A DNA stretch of 64,000 nt from NCBI RefSeq assembly GCF_009914755.1, contig NC_060926.1; one strand, 5' to 3'. The translations under genes were made by a program, and so were the position numbers. Each line of letters begins with the position of its first letter. The stretch's first letter is position 1. Below, piece by piece: positions 46,939 through 64,000 of the stretch. Under the pieces are notes generated by a model. That model made no database searches. It was not told the DNA's origin and saw only the letters and a list, made by a program, of their open reading frames with translations. Origin of the DNA: the human T2T-CHM13v2.0 reference genome, Homo sapiens.

Positions 46939-47225
46939 TAGGGTTTCACTCTGTCACCCAGGCTAGAATGGAGTGACCATGTCACTGCAGCCTCAACCTC
47001 CTGGGCTCAAGTGATCCTCCCACTTCAGCCTCCTAAGAAGCTGGGACCACAGGCGTGTGCCACCATGCCCGGCTGATATTTAAAATTTTTTATAGAGACT
47101 GGGTCTCCCTGTGTTGCCCAGCCTGGTCTCGAAGTCTGGTCCTTAAGCAGTCCTCCCTCGGACTCAGCCTCCCAAAGTCCTGGAATTACAGGTGTGAACC
47201 ACTGTATCTGGCCTCTCTATTGTTA

Positions 47226-47838
<613 letters not shown>

Positions 47839-48598
47839 GTATTTAATTTTTATCATGACTAACACTTCAGTAATAAAAGATCTAATATGGCACTTTTTAA
47901 TATATAGTTATTGAATTCTAGAATATAGTGGTTGCTTTGCATTATTACTGTATATAGTGTATTTGTGCTTATTTTATAGTTTATGGAGCAAAATTTAGTA
48001 TATTAAGCCATTTTTGCATCTTAACCAGCTGCTGCCTAATTATTACAGGAAAATAGTGTGGAAGTTCAGCTATTCTAAATCTAAAATAATTGGTTTTGGT
48101 ACATATTCTCTAACCTTTAGATGGTCTGTAGCTATTGAGCCATATATGACATTCTTTTACCTTGCAGTGAATTTCATAGCTTGTTCATATTGGGGAAGTT
48201 GTACATGGAAGTCATATTGCTTGAAGGTAGATAATTTAATGGCTATGGAGGTCATTTGACTGTACCTGCTTTAAAATTTCTCTAGTTACAAAAAGAATCA
48301 TATGAATATCTACATTGATACAAAAAAAAAGCCCTTGGGAAATGTCCATGTATGTAGAAATACTCAAGAACATTAAAATAAGGAAAACTTTCTTAATATG
48401 ATCACACACATACACACACTTCTGTTTACCTTAAGATCCCATGCTATTTAATGGGGAAACATGAGAGATACTTCCACTAGGATGAGGAACAAGGCAAGGA
48501 TTCTTACCATCCCTACTTCTGTTTACATTGTACTAGTGGTATTAACTAATACAGTTAGAAAAGAGAAGTCAGTTAGAGCCATTAGAATTGGTGATGAA

Positions 48599-48899
48599 CG
48601 CCAGGCGCGGTGGCTCATGCCTTAATCCCAGCACTTTGGGAGGCTAAGGCAGGCGGATCACGAGGTCAGGAGATCAAGACCATCCTGGTCAACATGGTGA
48701 AACGCCATCTCTACTAAAATACAAAGGATTAGCCAGGAGTGGTGGTGTGTACCTGTAGTCCCAGCTACTCAGGAGTCTGAGGCAGGGGAATCACTGAACC
48801 CGGGAGGTGGAGGTTGCAGTGAGCCAGATCATGCCACTGCACTCTAGCCTGGTGACAGAGCAAGACTCTGTCTCAAAAAAAAAAAAAAAAAAAAAAAAA
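48599..48899 (+). mobile_element. Alu (AluSc-like)
   Basis: TSD agaattggtgatgaa on both sides. Confidence 0.94.
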
Positions 48900-48920
48900 G
48901 AATTGGTGATGAAGAAATAA

Positions 48921-49285
<365 letters not shown>

Positions 49286-51609
49286 AGTGAAAATTTTTGT
49301 ATGACTGCAGTCCATAGCATTAACAAGCTAAAATCAATACCATTTATATATACAAACAGCAACCAGCTAGAAGACATAATGGAAAATAAATTCCAATTTA
49401 CAGTAGCAGCAAAAACAACTAAATACTTAAGAATGAAATTAATAAGTACTACACAATCTACATGGGGAAAATTAAGAACACTTCTGAAAGATACAAAGCA
49501 GACCTGTACAAATGTAAAATGTGTTACTCTTGGATAGGATGAGTTAATATAATACTTTCTAATTTAATTTATAAATTTAACACAATCCCAATAAAAATAT
49601 CAGTAAGCTTTTTTACAGCATTAGAAAAGTTGCTACTAATAGAACTTGCTACGTAAAGCTCATAGGGAAAAGTAAATATGTGAGTATAACCAGCAAAGCT
49701 GTGAAAAGGAAAAACTATGAGGGCAGCTAGCGTTACCAGATGTCAAAACATACTATAAAGCCTTTACAAGTAAAGCAATGTGCTACTGGTACATGAATTG
49801 ACAAACTGATCAGAGGAATGACTAGAAAGCCCAAAAATTGACTCAAGTACATACAGAAATTTACTGTATGGTAAAGGCATCTCAAATCACTGGTCAGAGA
49901 TGAACTTTTGAATTACTAGCACTGGGACAAGTCGTAGCCATTTATAAAAAGAATGAGACCACACCATATACAAAAACAACCTCTAAATGGATTAAGGATC
50001 TAAATGTAAACAACAAAACCATGTAAGTATTAGAAGACATTAGTGAATTCTAATGTAATCTCAGCAGAAAAAAAAGATTTCTATGACTCAAAATTCATAA
50101 TCAACAAAAGGTTGATAAGTTTAATTATATAAACATTTTTGTATGGCAGAAAACATTATAAACCAAGTATAAAAACTGAAAAAACAGAAAATATTCACAA
50201 CATATACCACAGACACAAAGGGCTAATAACCCTCGTATAAAGAACTCTCAAAAATTGAGGGAAATGATGCTACCAGTGCATGCATGCACCCTCCAGTGGC
50301 ATAAGGATGGCCCTTGCCTGCCACCAGCCCCCACAAGCACCTCTTGGGAGTCTGAGGATTGGCCCATGCAGCCTGCTGCTGCCACTGAGTCACACAAACC
50401 ACCTCGGGGCCTGGAGACTGACCTACTCAGTCCACCACTGCTACTGCACTGCCAACACCACACACAATGCCCAGAGTCCTGAGGACCCACCTGCCCAGCT
50501 CACCACTGGCACCTGAGCATGCCACATGGAAACCCAAGGACTAGCTTACCCAGACCCACCAATACTGGTGCTTGTCTGTGCCACCCAGGGGTCTAAGGAC
50601 CAGCACACCAGGCCCACTGCCACCACTGCTGATGCCTGAGGACTAGCCTGGCTAGTATTCCTGTACCCTGCAAAGCCTTACCACAGCCTTCACTGACAAC
50701 TCCAGCTTAAGCTGCTGAGAAACTCAGAGACACCACTGTTGCTGATTATGGCCAAAGAAATCATATAGAGACTACACTACTGCACCCACCCAGAATCAAA
50801 GACAAAGCTACCCAAGCAACGCAACAGATAAATCTATAGGAAAAAGGCTTTCCCTATGAAAGCCAATTCAAAAAATTGGAGGAAGTGACTGTTATACTAA
50901 ATGTACAAGTATTAATATAGGGATACAAGAAAAGTAGAAAAGCAAGGAACCATGGCATCTCCAGAGGAGCCCAATAATTCTTCAGTAACAGATCCCAAAG
51001 AAAAGGAGATTGGTGAAATTCCTGAAAAACAGTTCAAAACAGTGATATCAAAGAAACTCAATGACATACAAAAGAACACAAATAAACAATACAAAGAATC
51101 AGGAAAATAATTTATTTGAATGAGTAATTGAATAAAAGAGATAGATAGATTAAAAAGAACCAAACAAATCATGGAGCTGAAGAAATCAAAGAATGAAATA
51201 AAAATTCAGTTGAGAGCTTTAGCAATAGACTAGATCAAGCAAAAGAAAGAATTTCTCAACTTGAAGACAGGTCTTTTGAAACAATCCAGTCAAAAAAGAA
51301 TAAAAAGGGATGACAAAGCCTCTGTGACATATAGGAAGCAACAAGCAACCAAGTATTTGAGTTTTGAGACTTCCAGAAGAAGAGATGGTCAAAGGCATCG
51401 AAAACCTATTGAGTGAAGTAATAGCTGAAAACTCCCTCAGTCTTACAAGAGATATGGATATACAGATACAGGAAGCTCAAAGATCCCCAAATAGATTTAA
51501 CCCAAAAAGGTCTTCTCCAAGTCATATTATAGTCAAACTGTCAAAAGTCAAAGACAGAATTCCAAAAACAAGAGAGAAGTGTCAAGTCACATGTAAGAGA
51601 ATCCCCGTC

Positions 51610-52001
51610 TGTCTTAGTTCGTTTGTGTTTCTGTAAAAGAATACCCAAGGCTGGTTTATTTATAAAGGTAAGGGTTTTATTTGGCTTGTGGTTCTGTAGA
51701 CTGTCCAGAACCTCAGACTGCATCCACTCATGGCGGAAGGTGAAGGGGAGCCAGTGTGTGCAGAGATAACATATCAAGTGAGGAAGCAAGAGAGATAGAG
51801 GCATGGTGCCAGACTCTTTTTAACCTCCAGCTATTGCAGGAACTAACGGAGTGAATTCACTTCTTCCCTAGAGAAAAGTATTAATCTATTCATGAGAAAT
51901 CTGCCTCCATGTCCCAAACACTTCCCGTTACGCCCCACCTTCAATATTGTGCATCAGATTTCAACATGAGGTTTGGAGGAACAAACATCCCAATGATAGC
52001 A
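51610..52001 (-). mobile_element. MaLR solo LTR (MSTB-like) inserted in L1 ORF1
   Basis: tgtcttagt...gatagca termini; 5-bp TSD ccgtc/ccatc at 51605-51609 and 52002-52006. Confidence 0.85.
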
Positions 52002-52111
52002 CCATCAGACTAATAGTAAGTTTTTCAGCCAAAACTTTACAGGCCAGGAGAGAATGGGATGATATATTCAAAGTGCTGAAAGAAAAAAGACTGCTAGCCA
52101 AAAATATTTTA

Positions 52112-52750
<639 letters not shown>

Positions 52751-55700
52751 GCAAAATAAGTCTTTTCTAGACAGGCAAGAACTGAGGGAATTAATCACCA
52801 CTAGGTCAGCCCTACAAGGAATACTTAAGCAAGTCCTACATCTGGAAATGAAAGGAGGATATCTACCATCATGAAAACACACAGACATGTAAAATTCACT
52901 GGTTGAGCAGACATAAATCAGAAAGAGAAAGTCAAATATTATCACTACAAGAAGCCCACCACATCTAAAGGTAAACAATAAAAGAGGAAGAAAGGAACAA
53001 AGGATATACAAAACAATCAAAAAAACAATTAAAGTGACTGACAGGAGTAAGTTCTTACCTATCAACAACAACCTTGAATGTAAATGGCTTTAATTAGAAG
53101 ATGTAGACTGGCTGAATGGGTAATAAAATAAGAACCATTAGTATGCTGCCTGCAAGAAACTCACTTCCCCTGTAAAAACACATATTGATTTAAAGTGAAG
53201 GGATGGAAAAGGCTATTCCACGCAAATGGAAACCAAAAGTATGCAGGATTCGCTGTATTTGTATAACACAAAATAGACATCAAGTCAAAAACCAAAAAGA
53301 CAAAGAAGGTTATTATATGTAATGATAAAGGGATTAATTCAGCAAGAGGATATAACAATTGTAAATATATATGCACCTTACACCAGAGCACCAAGTGTAT
53401 AATGCAAACAGTGTTAGAGCTTAAAGAGAGAAATAGACCCCAATGCAATAATAGTTGGAGACTTCAAGACCTCACTTTCAGCATCAAACAGATCATCTAT
53501 ATAGAAAGTCAAGAAAGAAACATTGCACTTAATCTGCACTGTAGGTCAAATTGAACTAATAGGCATTTACAGAATTTTTCATCCAATAGCTACAGAATAC
53601 ACATACACATATCAGCACATGGAACATTCTCCAGGATAGACCATATGTTAGGCCCCAAAACATATCTCAACAAATTTTTAAATATTGAAGTTATCAAGTA
53701 TCTTCTCATACCACAGACTAGAACTAGGAATCACAGACTAGAACTAGGAATCAGTAACAAGAAGGAAATTTGGAAACTGTGCAGATACATGGAAGTTAAC
53801 ATGCTCCTCAATGACCATTGGTCAATGAAGAAATTAAGGAAATAAAAAAAAATTTCTTGAAGCAAATGAAAATGCAAGTACAACATACCAAAACCTATGA
53901 GATACAGTATAAGAATTGCTAAGAGGAAAGTATATACCAATAAATGCCTCCATTAAAAAAAAGATTTCAAATAAACAATCTGAAGAGTGTACCTCAAGGA
54001 ACTAGAAAAGTAAGAACAAACCAAACCGAAAAGTATTAGAAGAAAGATTATTAAAGATAAGCGTGAACAACTATACACTAACAAATTGGAAAACCTAGAG
54101 GAAATGGGTAATTTCATTGACACATACAGCCTACCAAGATTGAACCAGGAAATAGTAGAAAACCTGAACAAACCATGTTACTGGTTATGAGATTGAATCA
54201 GTAATAAAAATTGTCCCAACAAAGAAAAGCCCAGAACTAAATGGTTTTACTGCTGAATTTTAACAGACATAAAATAGAACTAGCACCAGTTCTTCTCAAA
54301 CTATTGCAAACAATTATAGAGGAAGGAGTTTCTCCTAACTCATTTTATGAGGCCAGCATTACCCTGTACCAAAACCAGACACAGGCACAACAGCCACCAC
54401 CGGAAAAAAAACAAAAAAAAAAAACACAAAAACCCACTATGGGCCAGTATCCCTATTGAACATAGATGCAAAAATCCTGAGCAAAATACTGGCAAACCAG
54501 ATCTAACAACACATCAAAAAGGTAATATAGCAAGATTAAGTGGGATTTATTCCAGTGATGCAAAGATGGTTCAACATAGACAAATCAATAAATGTGATAT
54601 ATCACATCAACAGAATGTAGGACAAAAACCAACAATCATTGTAATAGATACAGAAAAACCATGTGATAAAATTCAGCACTCATCCATGGTAAAAACTCTC
54701 AACAAATTAGGCATAGAAGGAAAATACCTTGACATAATAAAAGCAATAGGTGACAAACCCACAGCTAAATTGTACTGAATGGGGAAAAGCAGAAAGCCTT
54801 TCCTCTAAGAACTGAAACACGACAAGGGTGCCCATTTTCACCAGTTATTCAGTATAGTACTGGGGGTCCTAGCCAGAGCAACCAGATGAAAGAAAAAAAA
54901 GGCATCCAAACTGGAAGACAGAAAGTCAAATTTTTCTTTACAAATGACATGATCTTATATATGGAAAAACCTACCCATTCCAATTTATCTGTACATAAAA
55001 TAAGAACCAAAAGACTACAAAAAAAATCACAAAACTGATAAATGAATTTACTAAAGTCGCTGGATACAAAGTCAATATATAAAAATGAGTAGTGTTTCTA
55101 TACACTCACAGTGAACTAGCTAAAAAAGAAATCAAGAAAGCAATTCAGGTTACAATAGCTAAAAAAGAACAACAATAAAAAACCCTGAGAATAAATTTAA
55201 CCAAGGAAATGAAAGATATCTACAACAAAAACTGCAAACACTAATGAAAGAAATTGAAGAGGACACAAATGGAAAGATATCCTATGTTCATAGGAAGAAT
55301 TCATGTTGTTAAAATGACCATACTATCCAAAGCAATCTATAGATTGATTGCAATTAAAATATTAATTGTTTATGTTAAAGTACCAATGACATTCTTCACA
55401 GAAATAGAAGAAACAATCCTAAGATTTGAATGGAACCACAAAAGTCCCCAAATAGAGCCATACAAAGCAAAAAGAACAAAGCTAGAGGCATCATACTACC
55501 TGACTTCAAAATATATTACACAAAGCTATAGTCATCCAAACAGCATGGATCCACGGAACAGAATAAAGAACCCAGAAATAAATTCATGCATTTCAGCCAG
55601 CTGATTTTTCACAGAAGTGCTAAGAACATACACTGGAGGAAAGAACATCTTCAATAAATAGTGCTGGGAAAACTGATTTATGCAGAAGGATGAAAGTAGA

Positions 55701-57091
55701 CCATTATCTCTTACCACATATAAAAATCGACCTAAAATGGATTAAAGCCTTAAAGGTAAGACCCAAAACTACAAAACTCCTGGAAGAAAACATAGGGGAA
55801 ATGTTTCAGCACATTGGTCTAGGCAAAGATTTTATGGCTAGGACTACAAAAGCCTAGGTAACAAAAAAATATATACAAATGAGACTATATTAAATTTAAA
55901 AGCTTCTGTACAGCAAAGGAAACAACAGAGTGAAGAGAAAACCTGTTGAATGGAGGAAAATATTTGCAAACTATTCATCCAACAAGGAACTAACATCGAG
56001 AATCTTCAAGGAACTCAATAGCAAAAAACAACAACAACAAAGAATCCCATTAAAAAATGGGCAATCTGACTAGACATTTCTTAGAAGAGACAGATTAAAT
56101 GTCTGACTAGACATTTCTCAAAAAAAGACATAGATTAAATGGCCAACAAATATATATTTTAAAAAGTTCATCTTTACTAGTCATCAGGGAAATGCAAATC
56201 AAATCCAAATCCATAATGAGATATCACCTCACCCCTGTTAGAATGGCTGTTATCAAAAAGACAAAAATTAACATATCAAAGGGATACCCTGCGCTCACAT
56301 GTTTATCGTAGCCACTCTCGGTAGCCATTGTATGGAATCAACCTAAGTGCCCATCAACAGTTGAATGAATAAAGAAAAATGTGGTTGTGTGTGTGCGTGT
56401 ACATGTGTATACATAACTGATGAGTATTTCATTGTGTATTCTACAATATAAAAACTGAAGGAATGAGAGCACTGGTAGTTTATGAAACTTAGCAAAGGTT
56501 TAGAAAAAATAAATCCAATTTAGAGAGTTTCATGAAACATATATATTCATAGAGTGCAGATAAAAATGTGAGGAGTAAAAATATTTTACTATTTGGTTTG
56601 GCATTATGAATCAAAGTCCTGAAAAATCTTTACTATCCTTTATGTCCCCCCAGGAAAATAGCTCCTCACCCCAGGAATTTATTCTAAGGAAGTATTTACA
56701 TATGTGTGCAAATAATTGTCTAGGAGGATGTGCATGACAGTATGGTTCTGTAATAGTGAAAAATTGAAAACTATTTGTTTAATAGAGCATTGATTTCTTA
56801 AGTAATGCCCTCATAAAAAAATTATGCAACTATAAAAATGATTTGGTTAAACGTTTTAAAGCATAGAGATAGGTTACAGGTCTGGTATAATGTTAAAAAA
56901 AAAAACCACTGGGTTCAGAACACTAGGTACGATCTGTTTCTGGTTAAAAGTGTATATGTATATAGAAGAAAAAGGACTAGATAGAAGAGTTTTTATAAAA
57001 TTATTAATAGTTGTTATCTCTGGTGATTGACATGTATTTAATTTTCTTTCTTCACTGAATATTTTTTTTACTTTTGCAATAAAGAAAACAA

Positions 57092-57215
57092 TGGCAGTCC
57101 AGGCACAGTGACTCATGCTTGTAATCCCTGTACTTTGGGAGGTCAAGGCTGGGAGGATCACTTGAGGCCAGGAGTTTGAGACCAGCCCGGGCAACATAGT
57201 GAGACCCTATCTCTA
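57092..57215 (+). mobile_element. FLAM-like Alu monomer
   Basis: Single left monomer. Confidence 0.8.
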
Positions 57216-57395
57216 ATTATATTTTTAAAATTATTTAAATAAAAAAAGAGTAAACAATGAAGTTAAAAATAGTTTCTCAGGGCAGACTTTTTATGGACAT
57301 ATTCAAGTTCTCTGGATCACTATATCTCTGGCTTATGTTTAAGTATGTTCTTAAGTCTATTGAAAACTGTAGAAATAAAAAAAATTAAAGGTGAG

Positions 57396-58086
<691 letters not shown>

Positions 58087-58937
58087 CTTGTTGAACAAGC
58101 ATCTTATATGTTCTAGGCTCTGTGCTTGGCAGTGGCACTAAAGAGATTAATAAGACATAGTTTCTCTCCTCAGGTTAATTGTAGAAAAATAATCCAAAAG
58201 AAAAAAATACCACCTCTGTTCCCAGGTGTAGCTTGCTTCTGATATTTTGGGGAAATAGTCTTTTTTTCTGGGTGAAATATAAATCTGTGTGTGTGTCTGT
58301 TTTATACGCATGCATTGGCTTTTGGTTGAATAAACATGAAGGGGCAAAGGAAGAATGTTCTTTTCACTTCCTGCTTTTGTGAAATATCTGGCGTATATGA
58401 AACTTTTGTTCCAGTAGGTAGAACAGAAAATGTTGAGAAATTAGGTGTGTAGGTTTCTAGAGAGAAATTATAGAATTTATTCTATAAACATAGAATTTAT
58501 GTTTATATTTGAGGAAAGGGAAAATCAAAAAATATAAGGGCTAAACCCTTGAAGACATATAGATAAGCTTTAGTCCCATAATTTTCTGTTTGCAAATTTG
58601 CAAAATTATTTTACAATTCACCTAAAAATTGCATCATTCTTTACAGATCACTCTGTGTTACTTGAAGTTTATAGCTCAGCTGACTACTGCAGGTTACATC
58701 AGAAATTTGAGTTTTTATACCTATGGAGTGTTAGTGACTTAAAGTTTTATTGTCTGACCAGTACTTGATTTATGACATTGATTGTGCTTTAGCCACCCAC
58801 TAAACTGTATATAGAGTTGTCACCGCTTATGAAAGCTGAAAGGGTCTAACCAGGACAAGTGTTCACATCAAATGAACTAGACTAAGAGAATAGATCTATG
58901 GATATGGCTAAGATCTTCCTCAAAAAAATAGTTTTGA

Positions 58938-59299
<362 letters not shown>

Positions 59300-60360
59300 T
59301 CAAAAATATAAGTTGAATTTTTAAAAATTATATAAATTTTCTCTATAAAACACTTATAGAACACCCAAACTTAAAATTTTCTTTCCTTTGGTAGTGGATG
59401 CTGAGAATGGAAAAGGGATCAGAAAGAAGAGATGGAAGTAAAGGGAATAAGTAATACAGAAGCTTGAGGCTGTGGGGAATGTGGGAACAGAGGGACTTAT
59501 AAAAAGGGAAAAATTAGGAGACACTATATGTGAAAGAAAATAAGTGACACTTGAAAAAAATGTGAAAAGATAATTATTTTAAGAATAAAATACATAATAG
59601 GGAAAATACAAAATAAAAATTGCAGCTACTGTTTTCTGAGCATTCATGCTTTAGACGCCAGGCACCATACCAGGTTTCCTGTCATTTCATCTTTAAAGCC
59701 ATGAGGTAGGTTTCTGTGTCCTGTGTTACATATGAGGACCCAACACTAACTGAGCAGTGGAGACATCCTCTCTCAGCACTTCTGCGTGGAGCTTCCCCTT
59801 GGCCTTTTTTAATCACAGATTTCTTGTGTTTGCCAAGGATTCTTGTTGTATTTATTATGCTTTTTCTTTTTTTTTTTTTTTTCCAGTTCTGAAGGGGAGC
59901 AGGAATAAAAGGAGAAATAGAGATTTAACACTAAGTTCTGTATCAGACAGCAAGATTATCAGGGAATAAAACTGATGGTCATTGATTAGAATCATTTCTA
60001 ATCAGTGTTACCTTTGTCTTCCTTTGTCTTTGTCTGTTACCTTTGTCTTCTTGCCCACCTCTTCCTGAAAGAGGTTTTCCAAAGAAACTTTCCTAAATGA
60101 AGGATAGGTTAATCACATTTCTTTGCTAGACAGCAGAAGAATCTGCAAGATGTTTATCTGGCACACTGATGTTACTAGCTTTGGCGGATACCTCTGTTAA
60201 TGCTTGTTTCATATTTTATTTTGAATATCTTGTCAGGAAACAAGTAATATCCTGTAATTATGTAACCAGATAGTTCTTTCCAAAAGTAATACTGTGACAA
60301 TAAAAACATTTTTAATTTAAAAATCTCTACATAGATTTTGGAAGTGGTTCTGTTAAATAA

Positions 60361-61965
<1,605 letters not shown>

Positions 61966-61991
61966 ACCCCCCCCAGAATATAAATAATTAT

Positions 61992-62643
61992 ATAGATTAA
62001 TCTGTTCTCATGTTGCTGTAAATACCTGAGACTGGGTAATTTATAAAGAAAACAGGGGCTGTGCATGGTGGCTCACACCTGTAATCCCAGCACTTTGGGA
62101 GGCTGACATGGGCGGATCACAAGGTCAGGAGTTTGAGACCAGCCTGGCCAATATGGTGAAACCCCGTCTCTACTAAAAATACCAAAAAAATTAGCCAGGT
62201 GTGGTGGCGGGTGCCTGTAGTCCCAGCTACTCAGGAGGCTGAGGCAGAAGAGTCGCTTGAACATGGGAGGTAGAGGTTGCAGTGAGCCGAGATCACATCA
62301 CTGTGCTCCAACCTGGGTGACAGAGTGAGATTCGTCTCAAAAAAAAAAAAAAAAAAAAAAGAGGCTTAATTGACTAACAGTTCTGCAGGCTGTACAGGAA
62401 GCATGATGCTGGCATTTACTTGGTGTCCGGGGAGGCCTCAGGAAACTTAAATCATGGTGGAAGGCAAAGGGGGAAAGACACAGGTCACATGGCCAAGCAG
62501 GAGCAAGAGAGAGAAGTGGGAGGCGCTACACACCTTTAAACAACCAGATTTCGTAAGAACTCACAGTACTAAGAGGGACTGTGCTAAACCATTCATGAGA
62601 GATCCACCCCCATGATTTGGGTGAGACATCCAAACTTGTATCA
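61992..62643 (-). mobile_element. MSTA-like MaLR LTR interrupted by a sense Alu (about 62056-62360)
   Basis: aatacctgagactgggtaatttataaagaaaa...cagttctgcaggctgtacaggaagcatg...ctaaaccattcatgaga...tatca. Confidence 0.82.
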
Positions 62644-62991
62644 TTGTGGCACTAGGAGAGTTTAAAGTTATATTCTGAAATCTGAGCTCTGTTACAGTCG
62701 TAAAAGAATTTCTGAGGTTGACATTCTTTTACTATATTTATTTATCCCTGTTCCCTTTGCAGTCGTTCACAGATGTGAATAAATGTTCAAAATCCTACCT
62801 TCATTGTGTGGGATTTGGGTTTTAAATTATATTTCATACATGCTAAGGAGCAGGTTTGGTCACTCACACTTTTTGTGAGGCCTGTAAACTTTGATTTATT
62901 TTTGAGTTACTTATGTCTGTTGGAATTACGCTTCAGCCTAGAAAATTAAAAGGTAATGTTAAGCCTCTCTTCTCCATCCCATTTTCTTAAG

Positions 62992-63135
62992 GCTCCTGTT
63001 CCAAAGAGTGCACTTATTCCTGTAATTCCCATCACCAAATCAACAGGCTCCCGGTTCCGGAATAGCGTGGAAGGATTGAATCAGGAGATTGAAATAATAA
63101 TTAAAGAGACTGGGGAAAAGGAAGAGCAACTTATA
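62992..63135 (+). CDS. FAM117B: FAM117B internal coding exon (likely exon 5), 144 nt, phase 0/0, contains ETGE motif
   Basis: Acceptor ttttcttaag|GCT, donor ATA|gtaagt. Encodes APVPKSALIPVIPITKSTGSRFRNSVEGLNQEIEIIIKETGEKEEQLI. Confidence 0.95.
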
Positions 63136-63578
63136 GTAAGTGATCTTGTATCTTAAAATCATTCTTGAACTCTTATAATTATTAAAAATGCACAGTTTGG
63201 GTTTCCATATTTACTTGGGTTTCTTCCTTCTCATTGAGAGAGCAAAAATTTATCTCTTTTGAAAAATCTTTGACCTGGGTGAGTGAATGAAAAGTTTTCA
63301 TTTTGTTGCATGTCATAGAGGCAACTGATCTGACTTGAATTTGGATTACTGAACAGAAACTATTTTTTGTTTGTCTGTATTTAGAAACCATTAGGTGATA
63401 TACTTCTTATTTGCTGTAACTCCAGTTAACAAAAGTTTAGCTTACTAATTATGGGGGGCAGAAGTTTACATGACATTGAATACCTTCTAAGCATGAATCT
63501 GTCTGCTCCTTTTTTGAATGTCAGTGACTATTTGGTTTTGGTTGACATGCTAGGCTATGTCATCATAAAGTACATTTA

Positions 63579-63842
<264 letters not shown>

Positions 63843-64000
63843 CTATTCTCTTTACTGACTAGAATACACATGAGAATAGTTGCTATGTAAAACAGAAAAA
63901 TTAACTGTTTTGGTTTAAAAACCATGCCACAGAGTATATTTATTTATCTAACCGTCTCTCTATTCTTTAGTGAAGGAGGAATTGAGTATTGTATTGATGC

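Overview
AT-rich, repeat-dense primate genomic DNA. The SVA element restricts it to hominoids, most likely human. The window lies inside the FAM117B gene (+ strand) and holds four internal coding exons with canonical AG/GT boundaries: 3327-3478, 32361-32453, 33695-33808 and 62992-63135 (probably exons 2-5), separated by introns of 28.9 kb, 1.24 kb and 29.2 kb. The rest is mostly transposon fossils: about 50 Alus, several L1s (two multi-kb), a full-length antisense SVA, a near-full-length Tigger1, a MER11 (HERV-K11) solo LTR, MaLR LTRs, MER30/MER44/MER58/Tigger3, MIR and L2, often nested. Nearly all ORFs in the supplied track are repeat artefacts. I see no clearly new gene system. The best leads are (1) a 207-nt two-exon unit with circRNA-type architecture whose +1 frame is stop-free around the circle and contains AUGs, (2) a small L1 insertion that assembles a candidate poison exon, and (3) an LC8-type TQT motif built at a splice junction and an in-frame skippable exon carrying the KEAP1-type ETGE motif. 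Repeat subfamilies are recognised by eye and their boundaries are approximate unless a target-site duplication (TSD) is quoted.
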